From: Trypethelium eluteriae
Taxonomy: Eukaryota
Assembly (NCBI GenBank): GCA_051942245.1
Contig: JAVECL010000188.1
Coordinates: forward strand, 1 to 38,117
Length of the DNA stretch: 38,117 bases
Direction: 5' to 3'
Position numbers and translations under genes: made by a program. Shown one piece after another: positions 11,975 through 20,932 of the stretch. Position 1 is the stretch's first letter, and the number at the start of each line of letters is the position of its first letter. Below the pieces are notes generated by a model. That model searched no databases, had not been told where the DNA came from, and was given only the letters and a program-made list of their open reading frames with translations.

Positions 11975-14035
11975 ATGTACCAATCGCTTCCTACCAATGG
12001 TGACGGGTATCTCTGGGTACGACTACTCGCACTTGAAGAGCCTTTGAACGAAGAAGAGCCCCTGCGCTGCTCTCTGGAGCCCTTTAAATTACACACATCC
12101 ACCTCAGATCTTCACAAGTTCAAGGCACTGTCTTATGTTTGGGGATTTGCCTTGTATCAATCTTCGATCATATGCAATGGAGAAGCGACCAATATTAGCA
12201 GCAATCTATACGATGGTCTGTTTGCCATCTGGCGGAGGACTCCCGATGCTTGGGTTTGGGCCGATGCTTTGTGTATCAACCAACGTGATCGCGAGGAGAA
12301 ATCTATTCAAGTGCGAAATATGGATTTGATTTACTCGACTGCAGTACAGACGTGCATCTGGCTTGGACGATCGTCAGACCCCGAGCAAACCAAGCAAGTA
12401 TTCGAGCTGTCCGATCGCCATCATGCCAGTTTTGCGAAGAGAATTGGCCCACAGACTCCATTCGCCATGATGACCCTTACGCAAGGGTACGAGATGACAC
12501 ACAACTGGGTCGAACGGACGCTAGGCGCGGATGGCCCCAGAAAGGTTTTTGATGTTGTTGATCAGCTTGTGGCACATCCATGGTGGGTTCTCCCGACGGA
12601 AGAATCGGGCAAGTCGGAAACGGACTGCTCTAAATTACCATTCTCAAGGCGACCTTCGAGTATAAAATTCCGGATACTTCCGCAAGAAATTGCATTTGAA
12701 GCAATGTGCAAACCAACAACTTGTTCTATGATTGTTCGATCTGACATCTTCCACCCTCCACTAATTCCTAAGCAGGCATACACGTATCTGGACGACCCAG
12801 GAATTTATTCTAGGTCGGGATATCCAAGCATATTTTGGTCATTCGGTGATGGACTGGGACAAGCTATGGGATGCCATAGAAGGCTGGCTGCCGGCGATGC
12901 CAGTCACATCGCTAGTTGGACTTGACAACAGCTACTTTCATCATTTAGAAGCGACTATCGATCGGGCAAAAAAGTATAGGTTGCTTGTGCAATTTCGTCG
13001 GGCCATCGCGAAGAAGGGCGATTTCACCTTCGACGACGTCTTGTCTTTTTCCGAGACAAGAGAATCAGGGGATCCACGGGACCGCATATATGGCCTCATT
13101 GGTATCATGAAGAGGAAGCGAGGCTGTTCCGAGCAGATGATTCCTGTGGATTACTCGTATCCAATCGTCAAGGTATTCACAGATGCAACACGTCAACTTA
13201 TCACGATGGAGAACTCGCTCGAAGTCATGCGCAAGACTGGATTGGTATGGCGCGAAAGAGCCAGAATTGCAAACGCAGACTCAGAGGATGCAAAGATCTG
13301 GGCCTCCTTACCGTCGTGGACGAGGAACTTCAGGGATCCCACCCCTCTGCGTCAGTCGAAGGCTCTCGCTGCCGTAGGGCAGCGAATTGACAAGCTATGG
13401 GAGCGGACGCTTGCAGAGCTGGACAGGCAACGTTGCCAGCTATCTGCCGGCACGGCGGTTATCCGTTTCTTTGATTCGTTGGAGCTTGCTGCTTCCAGTG
13501 TTGTCTTGGGCCTTGCAAAGGTTGAGCCTGGTAGGGAATCGGATGCTTTCATGGCTCTGGACATATGCTTTGCCGAAACTTACGTTGGAACTCCTTCCGT
13601 CGAGTGAGTCTCAGCTTCAGAAGTATTCGCGCAGCTGCATAGTCACATTAGAGGCTCATGTCAATTTGCGGGAAGGGGACGGCCCCTGACCCCAATGAGA
13701 AAGCTTCAGCGCTCATTCTGCAGCGACCAAGTTACTGCCCGCATTGTTCTCGTGTTGAAACGGGTTTTATCGGTGAGACTAATGCGCCTTGTCAACGCCG
13801 AATACGGGGAATGACTGGCGATTGGGTCTGTTGGCTTGACGGCATGTCACGCCCTGTTCTGCTTCGTCCGTTGCTGTCCGAGGTATTGGTGAAACGTTCG
13901 TGCGTAGATTCTGTTGAAGCGATCAAGTTCGCCTTTGTGGCGCTTATGGATCCGGATGACCAGAATGGAGATGTGAGCAAAAGCCTTTGCAGAGAGGACT
14001 TACCGCGTATTCATTCGGAATTCACTATATGTTGA
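11975..14035 (+). pseudogene. HET-domain (het-6-like) heterokaryon-incompatibility protein; HET domain intact, C-terminal third disrupted
   Basis: ATG 11975. HET motifs RLLAL..PLRCSL, ALSYVWG and WADALCINQ.D..EK..QV..M..IY..A. Splicing intron 12583-12775 (GTGGGT..CTAAT..CAG) restores W.TRIWTTQE, followed by DPRDRIYGLIG and LPSW. In-frame TGA at 13605-13607. The conserved tail (GFIG...GDWVCWLDGMSRPVLLRP) lies in another frame after about 13755. It could alternatively encode a 479-aa truncated protein ending at 13607. Confidence 0.7.
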
Positions 14036-14806
14036 ATGGTCAACTCCAGACTCCTGCTTCTAAGAAGACAGTGATCGAGTCAACGCTTGCCGTTCGTTTA
14101 TTCCTTGGCCTACGCTCTGGTCGCAAACAAGGGAGTGTAAGTGTCAGATTGAGGAGCTAGATGACCAGATGAAGCTGGACCCAAACAGGCTAAGGCTGGC
14201 AAAAGGACTAAATCTCTCTGCCTTCTACCTAGCTAGGAAACATCTTCATTCTTGCTTCGGGGGTGCTGCGGTGGAGAACTCCAAGACTGCTTCAATGGCA
14301 GTAACGAACACGTGAATCTCGAACTCTATGGGTATGTCGAGTCTGGTCTTTCCAGCGTCTTCCTGAAATGCCGGAGATCTTACTGGATCCTTGTTTGGAT
14401 CCGGTCTTAGTTCCTCGTCGCCGATTTCGGTAGGGTCATTGGCAGTGAAATTAAGCCATAGGTGTCATCATTCATGAGCAAATATACAATCTAGTTAGAT
14501 AGGATGTTCTCCTTGGGAGAAGCAATTGATTTGTAGGTAGATAATGTATGATACGCCGTGTGGTATATCTGATGCACTAACCCGCTCTGAAGGTAATTGC
14601 AAGCAACAGTTTTAAGGTATCTCTTCCACATCGCCATATACCTGTCCTACTCTCATATCATTTTCAATTACACGCAAGCCTCTTCTCTCCCTATCTGGTT
14701 GCGTATCGTGACAAAAGAGTGAAAAGTGAGTATTCTTAGGTTTGAATCTTTTTACGAATTATGATAAATATCTACTCCATGATTGGATATTCCGAAATTC
14801 TTTGCA

Positions 14807-16492
14807 TTAACAGGGCCATGTCAGAAGGTCAACCTTGTAGTTGTAGTGGAACCACAAGCTATCTTTCTGTTGTCCTTTCCCTGCAACGTGCGCGTCATAA
14901 CACACCCCCATCACCTTCCGTTCCATCCGGCGCTCTATCGGTGCGACGTGTCGATTGGGGAAGTTGTACTCTTTTTCCTGATACTGCTGGCCCCGTCGTG
15001 TCCAGGCGAAGGGCCATGCGATGTGTGCGAAGAACCGCCCCAGCCCACTCCACGCTGATAACGGGTTAACAATCCGAAAATATGTTTGATAGATGGCGTG
15101 CGCCTGTAGAGGAGTTATCGTGGTGCGGAAGGTCATGTCGAACGACATAGACTCAGCCGTTGGTAAATCAACCAAGTAGATGCGCAAGGTGAGTAGGGGC
15201 AGGTTGAGTCGATCTTTAGCCTTTTGGATTGCGCTGATCCAGTCGCGATAGGCGGGTTCCTCATGTAGGAGGTAACAATCCTCGAATGGTGGAAATACAA
15301 TTTCGACAAATCTGAGGAATGAGAGAGCTTCTGGAGGGACAATCTCCGTCAAGAAGATGGACGGCTCGAGACGAGGAGGGGCATTTTTTACCACCTCACC
15401 ACATCCTCCATATGGGAGGACGATAAAGCGATTCCTTAAAAAGAAAACCGCCATAGCTTCATCCCGCATAGCTCGACACGTAAGGAACAATGGCCAAGGC
15501 GGAAGCCAACATTGACATGCTGACGAAAACGCCGAATGGAAACGGCGACAAAAGCATCCATGCTTTGAGTGCTCCCAGCAGGTTGGAATCCAACAGACCT
15601 CTTCAGTACATGGTGGACAACCCTCATAGTACGAGCAACTCCAGCTCTTGCATGGTACTGAAAACCCTTTTTCTGGAGTCCACTCCACTTCACCAAGCGG
15701 CGTGATAAGGTCTGTGAACTCAAGGATTTGGCGACGAATCTCGGGTGCTAAATCCTGAAAGCGAAACGAAGCATCAGATCGAGTTGTGTCGTACCCCATT
15801 GCTGTGGTAGCCGTGTCCTGAGCCAGCGTTTGGAGAGAGCAGTCACGATACCAACCCAACCGTATCTCGCAGTCTGCAAGGATTGGAAAGCCTTGTAAAG
15901 GCTCGGTGACCCACTTCGCTGTTTCGAGATCGGCCGTGTCGCAGACAATGTGCAATGAAAGTTTGAAGGGTTGAACGCGGATAGCGAGGAAACGGGCCAC
16001 ATGCTGCCATTCGGTGAGAATGTCTTGGTAAAGGTGCGAGGTCATCCTGAGGGGACTGTCATGTCGGTGCCGCTCATTCCAAGTCGGGTGAGTTTCGCAA
16101 CTTGGCTGCTTCCAGGAAATACGTGGCCGACCAGGTTCAGCAAGTCGGGCAGCGCAGCATGTCCGATTCAGCTCACAAGAGCTAACGTTGAGATGCACTG
16201 TCAAATTTACGAGCGATGCCACCGCATCTGCACCCAGATGGCTCAGTGCATTGAGATTTTGAGAGTCTCTAAAGCGGATAAAGAATGTATTTGTGGAGTA
16301 AAATAGCGATATGACCTCAGCGTAGATCCGGCGGCAAGTTTGAAGTAAAGTAAGGAAGGTGGCCAAATTCGGGGATGGAAGAAAGTGGACAGGATCTTCC
16401 ACCCGATTGAGGTTGATGTCGTAGTTATGTGCAAGGCCGGCCTGGTGGTAAATTCGCTGTCGAAGAGCTGGCGGAAGAGAGAGCAATAGCAT
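14807..16492 (-). CDS. Intronless 561-aa hypothetical protein with two tandem F-box-like/helical modules and Cys/His-rich inserts
   Basis: Long uninterrupted ORF. Module 1 is LLSLPPALRQRIY...LLQTCRRIYAEVISLFYSTNTF. Module 2 is FQDLAPEIRRQIL...LFLTCRAMRDEAMAVFFLRNRF. No signal peptide is evident. Confidence 0.85.
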   Translation of the reverse strand: MLLLSLPPALRQRIYHQAGLAHNYDINLNRVEDPVHFLPSPNLATFLTLLQTCRRIYAEVISLFYSTNTFFIRFRDSQNLNALSHLGADAVASLVNLTVHLNVSSCELNRTCCAARLAEPGRPRISWKQPSCETHPTWNERHRHDSPLRMTSHLYQDILTEWQHVARFLAIRVQPFKLSLHIVCDTADLETAKWVTEPLQGFPILADCEIRLGWYRDCSLQTLAQDTATTAMGYDTTRSDASFRFQDLAPEIRRQILEFTDLITPLGEVEWTPEKGFSVPCKSWSCSYYEGCPPCTEEVCWIPTCWEHSKHGCFCRRFHSAFSSACQCWLPPWPLFLTCRAMRDEAMAVFFLRNRFIVLPYGGCGEVVKNAPPRLEPSIFLTEIVPPEALSFLRFVEIVFPPFEDCYLLHEEPAYRDWISAIQKAKDRLNLPLLTLRIYLVDLPTAESMSFDMTFRTTITPLQAHAIYQTYFRIVNPLSAWSGLGRFFAHIAWPFAWTRRGQQYQEKEYNFPNRHVAPIERRMERKVMGVCYDAHVAGKGQQKDSLWFHYNYKVDLLTWPC

Positions 16493-16921
16493 AATGAGTA
16501 GGTCCCGATTCGTGAGAAAGTAGAACTAAGAAGATATTCTGGGAGCTGTCAGCCGCACTCTCTACTATGCGTTTTTACCACGAACAGAAAATGGAAGAAG
16601 CAAAGAAATAATCGTACGACACTGTGTACGACGGGCGAGGTGCGTTCATAGCTTGATAGCAAAACTCGAATAGCAACGAGGGTATCGTACGTCTTTACTT
16701 TCCGAATTCTTGTTTCAGCCGTCATGAAGTGGAGTGTCTGAGAAAGAACGAAGTAGAGTAGCTTCTATTCAGGATTCACGGCTCGGCCTCGCAAAGAAAG
16801 CACTACTCTAATGTTTGCACGGGACTCCGCCTATCTGAGGTAGAGGTAATGTACGGAGTATTTTTGCGCAAGCGCGATAGCAAATAGTCGTGTGATTTAA
16901 GGAGTTGCGTGTCTGTTTACC

Positions 16922-17020
16922 TAGGTACTCTAGAGTAGAGTACCTAATTTAGGTATCGTAGGTGAGTGGTGGGTACCCGTGTGCGGTAGAGTACCGTAGG
17001 TAGGTAGTAGAGTACTCTAC
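16922..17020. repeat. Cluster of GTAGAGTAC direct and inverted repeats
   Basis: Perfect 11-bp hairpin TAGGTACTCTA-gag-TAGAGTACCTA (16922-16946). GTAGAGTAC at 16935, 16986 and 17007. Perfect 14-bp palindrome GTAGAGTACTCTAC (17007-17020). Confidence 0.8.
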
Positions 17021-17328
17021 GGCTACGATACTTTACCATGCCTGGCCGAAGCGGGAGCCATATCACAGTGGCGTGTGACACTGCGATACCAACGTACTAC
17101 TCCCAGTCTAGCTTCCTCCACGAGGCAACAAACTTGGTGGGTCGGTCTAGCAAACTCGGCAGAGATAGGCAAATATAACTTTAATTCACAGGGAGCTCTC
17201 TCCAAGACGATCGTTTGTGCTTCCATAACACTCATGGCCAAACTTCCCAGAACTCCAATTCGGGCGATATCACCAATATCCTTTATGGCTTATCGCTGGC
17301 GGCAATTTGCCTGTAACATAAGGTAGTT

Positions 17329-17395
17329 GTAACTAGCGGGAAAGTGTCTTGCTGCCTCCATAGCTACCGGGAATAGGGTGTCTTGTTATGCCTCC
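17329..17395. repeat. Imperfect tandem duplication of about 32-35 bp
   Basis: gtaactagcgggaaagtgtcttgctgcctcca is followed by tagctaccgggaatagggtgtcttgttatgcctcc. Confidence 0.6.
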
Positions 17396-17878
17396 GAATG
17401 ACACCTCCTGCAATCTCGTATCAGATCACAGTCCATAGCTAGACACGGAAACCACCTAGATATTCTATGCTTGATGAGGCCATAGGGGCTCATCCAATTG
17501 ATCGCTCGCGGCAAAGTGTCTATTTCAAATACACACCGCCCGTACAGCATACAGCAAAGTCATTTCCACTCAATCCCAGAAGCGGTAAGTCTTGGTTCAT
17601 GTTCCGCGCGTATCATGGTTATTTGGGAAATATTTCTCTTATCACTTGAAGGATTCTGGATCAATGTCATCGTCAAATCTTGTCCAAAGGCATCCAGCTT
17701 CGTTCCCCAAACAGGAGGGACGAACACTTTTGCAGTGGGCCATGTGACTATTAGCGAGCGAGCGTACTTCATTACAGGACAGACCTACAGTACTTTGCAA
17801 GAATCAGATCTCCCTTTGCTCGGTTTATTATTTCACCAAATCAAACCCCGGGAGACCCCCAATCCAAACATTCACTGA

Positions 17879-20104
17879 ATGATTGCATTCGAGATGCTTC
17901 GCTGCAACGACTTCATCTTTCTCTTGTTCATTTCTATACTTCTATTCAATGCTGTTCATTCTCTGGATTCACTGCCGATGGACCTTTGGATTGGAGGAGA
18001 GACGGAAGAAGACCAGACGCCTTGGGTTAAAAGGCCAACCTGGCACAAGGAGACAAGACTTGATGGATCACTGAGTTTTCAAGGCGTTGTTGATATTGCG
18101 CATGCTCATTTTCTCTGGCTGAAAGAGCAACGTGACGCCGGGATTGGGACCAGTGCCAACGTTGTAGCCGCAATGTGGGATCCTAGCACTAGAACGGTTT
18201 GGGCCTCAGCCATCCCCCGTGGTCGACAAAAGGCGGTGATGGAGAGTGGCTGCATTAACGGGCTTGCCCCTGTGTTATATAGTCAAGTCAAGAGCGTGTG
18301 GGACAAGACTGGTCAGCCCATTCACGCTGAAGATGGCGTCTACTACAATTTCGAAACGATGGGCGGAACGATAACCAATGGAAGATATCCCGCAGGTTCG
18401 ATGATTGCAGCTTGGGGAAGATATAATGATTTCGACCGAGAGGGGCAAAAAAATCTCTGCTTCACCGAACGAATAAGAGCTCCTAGCTGTCGGACAGTGG
18501 CAATGAATCTTGGCATAAGCTTTACTCCACCAACTCATCCACAGCCAGCAGGTCCACCACAGCCAGCAGCTCCTCCACAGCCAGCACCTCTTCCACAGGC
18601 AGGCACCGTCCGACGACCAGACAATGAGGACTTTGGTCTTGATCATGATTCGGATGCAGAGGAATTTGAACAGGCTCTAACAGGTGCCGATGCAGGCGAT
18701 GCAGATGATGCCGGTGCAGCCGATGATGCAGGCGATGCTGCCGATGATGCTGCCGATGCATGCGATCAATACTCGGACGAGGGCCTGGATCCAGATGACT
18801 TCGTTCTCCCTGTGGCAGGCTTGCGCCATTACAAGCGCCATGTTACGCGGCACAAAGGTCGAGGAGAGAATCGGTCCTCGTGTGTTCAATCCCAGATCCC
18901 ATCGAGGGCCTCCCCAGTTGTAATCCCGATAACACTTGCCCCAACTAACCCTGTAGCAAACACAACGATCGTGCTAGGACATGATAATGCAAGTGGTCAG
19001 AATGGCAAACCCTTTCCAAATCCAACGACAACTGAGGGGTTCCTTGGTCTTGGTCATGGTGAAATAACACCTGCTCCGAGTTTGGATGTCGTGACATCAG
19101 CTCCGTCAATACTTTCTTGCACTCTCCAGAATGAAGACCCGGATCAAGGTATCGACGCAAGAGGCTGCATTTGCGGTACAACAATACTCCCAGTCCTCAC
19201 GGTCTCTTCTGCTACGGATGATTCGCAGAGCTGCTCGTATACAGCGCTCCCATCCTCGGATAGTCCAAACCCAATCACAGTGCAAACCCAGGCCTGGTTC
19301 AGCAACTGTCAAGCGTGCACCTTAGCTGGCGGCGTCGCGGACACTGTTACGTGCTCATCAGTGGCAGGGTGTACGACAACCGCGCCGTCTCCGATTTCCA
19401 CTTTCGCGGTTAATCTTTCCAACAACAGTGTCGCGATTGGCAGCGCCAATAAAGTAAACAACGGATCCGACCTGCGTACCAATGTATACAACCAGTTACG
19501 AAATCTTTGCCCGGACGATAAGAACAATTGCATTTCTACAGAAAGCGCTGAAATCGACGAGATTGCTACTGTTGTTGGTCATGGAGTCGCCTGGGGGTCT
19601 TTGAAATTCACCATAGCTGATAGTCGCTACGATAACACGACAAACAGGGATCGAATGCTTTCCGCAGTGGTCGCCTCCTGGCAGCAAGCTTCCACAAGGG
19701 CCTGTCAACAAGTTGAATACGAATTGGAGCGGAAGGTGAAATCGCCTGGATCTGGATGCGGCGCTGGAGTGATGAAGCGGGATCTACCCACGTGGGCAGA
19801 AATGGAAAAGCGATCTCCGGATTGTTGTGGGAAAGAGCCCCTGGAAACATGCACCTATCAGGGAACCATTTGTTCAGGACCAGACCTTATCAGCGCCGTG
19901 TTTCCTGGCCCTCACGATCCCTATCAGAATCGTCTCAATGTCGAGGTAGACTGGAAGCTCGATGATGATTCTCCTTTGGACCAATTCATCTGCGAAATGA
20001 TGATCAATGGAGTCACTGCGGCTGCCCTGGAAATCGCACCAGAACTTGCTGGATACGAGATTTTTGAGGATATGGAGTTTCAAGCTGTTTGTGGAGGTAA
20101 GTGA
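17879..20104 (+). CDS. Secreted modular protein (about 741 aa): putative zinc-deaminase-like N-terminal domain, Pro-rich and acidic linkers, Kex2 sites, Cys-rich C-terminal domain
   Basis: Uninterrupted 741-aa ORF with a hydrophobic signal peptide (FIFLLFISILLFNAVHS). H149-A-E151, C194 and C204; KR at 319-320, 633-634 and 644-645; many Cys after residue 410. A possible final intron 20097-20175 (GTAAGT..CTGAC..CAG) would change the end to ...CGDS* at 20183. Confidence 0.88.
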   Translation: MIAFEMLRCNDFIFLLFISILLFNAVHSLDSLPMDLWIGGETEEDQTPWVKRPTWHKETRLDGSLSFQGVVDIAHAHFLWLKEQRDAGIGTSANVVAAMWDPSTRTVWASAIPRGRQKAVMESGCINGLAPVLYSQVKSVWDKTGQPIHAEDGVYYNFETMGGTITNGRYPAGSMIAAWGRYNDFDREGQKNLCFTERIRAPSCRTVAMNLGISFTPPTHPQPAGPPQPAAPPQPAPLPQAGTVRRPDNEDFGLDHDSDAEEFEQALTGADAGDADDAGAADDAGDAADDAADACDQYSDEGLDPDDFVLPVAGLRHYKRHVTRHKGRGENRSSCVQSQIPSRASPVVIPITLAPTNPVANTTIVLGHDNASGQNGKPFPNPTTTEGFLGLGHGEITPAPSLDVVTSAPSILSCTLQNEDPDQGIDARGCICGTTILPVLTVSSATDDSQSCSYTALPSSDSPNPITVQTQAWFSNCQACTLAGGVADTVTCSSVAGCTTTAPSPISTFAVNLSNNSVAIGSANKVNNGSDLRTNVYNQLRNLCPDDKNNCISTESAEIDEIATVVGHGVAWGSLKFTIADSRYDNTTNRDRMLSAVVASWQQASTRACQQVEYELERKVKSPGSGCGAGVMKRDLPTWAEMEKRSPDCCGKEPLETCTYQGTICSGPDLISAVFPGPHDPYQNRLNVEVDWKLDDDSPLDQFICEMMINGVTAAALEIAPELAGYEIFEDMEFQAVCGGK
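18536..18760 (+). repeat. Coding minisatellites: 18-nt PPQPAx repeats (about 18536-18604) and degenerate GAT/GCA Asp-Ala repeats (18683-18760)
   Basis: CCACAGCCAGCA occurs three times plus a degenerate fourth copy. The second tract encodes GADAGDADDAGAADDAGDAADDAADA. Confidence 0.85.
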
Positions 20105-20932
20105 TCCACACAAGTGCAGATTGCCTCCTTCAGCAGACTGCTCCTCTGTACTGGTTCTGACTGAGGGGTGCCCAGACTCGTGAGAGCATTTTTATGCATG
20201 ATGCTGTGTGAGGATGGCGAACATGATCGACTTGGGGAGAAGTTGTCCATGCATCAACTCTCCCTCCACCCAAATCGCATCGTGAAGTTAGGGAGCCCCC
20301 CAGCAAGAATTTAGCGTGTCAGAGCGACTGCTTCGGCAACTTCAGATCCTTGGTGGCTTTTCTCCCCCGACCTTCTTTTGTACATTGACTCAGCACCTAT
20401 AGATAATTGCACACTAATCGAGATCACATTGCCTCTTATGCAGCTTTCAGCTTTCAACATCTAGAAGTCTGGTTTTGACGAGCTGCTATGACAAAGCCTA
20501 TCATTATTATTGTTTTTCTCTTTTGATTCGATGATGATAATGGCGCGAAATGTTGTAGGCGCTCGAATGTGAATTAGAGGTCAGGAAAAGGTCGAGCCTA
20601 ATTTTTAGGGAATTCTGGTTGAGGACGCGGCGTGGATGACACGTCGCCAGTGGTTGCTTTTGCACAGAGTCCCCTACAGCTGATGTCGAGACGAATTTTC
20701 TCGGCAGACTTTGAAGGGCCACTCACCGTCTTTTGCATGCGGGAGCAGAAGACTGCTGGACATTTGCATGACCAAGTCGTGACTCCCTCGTATCAGTCAC
20801 GGTAGGCAAAGGCCAATGCCAGAGCTCAACGACAGAATCCTGCGCAATACCAATAGACTCTTCGTGCTATTGCTAATTGTCCAAGGGATCCAAACCAGGC
20901 AGATCGAGTTGATCGCGATAAAATATCTTGGT

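Noticed and set aside
11312..12925. 537-aa ORF as a genuine adhesin-HET fusion protein
   Set aside because: It starts at GTG just after a stop inside a decayed repeat gene, crosses a non-coding-looking palindrome, and its last 114 codons are intron and out-of-frame read-through. The HET gene has a typical start at 11975.
14247..14465. ATG-less minus-strand open frame of about 72 codons (WLNFTANDPTEIGDEELRP...)
   Set aside because: It is too short, has no start or recognisable family, and is compatible with chance.
17023..17878. Short ORFs upstream of the secreted gene as an immunity gene or TE remnant
   Set aside because: There are multiple stops in all frames and no transposase, RT or other motifs.
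16922..18760. CRISPR-like array or intact mobile element
   Set aside because: The repeats are short palindromes or coding minisatellites without regular unique spacers, the genome is eukaryotic, and no TIR/LTR pair or transposase was seen.
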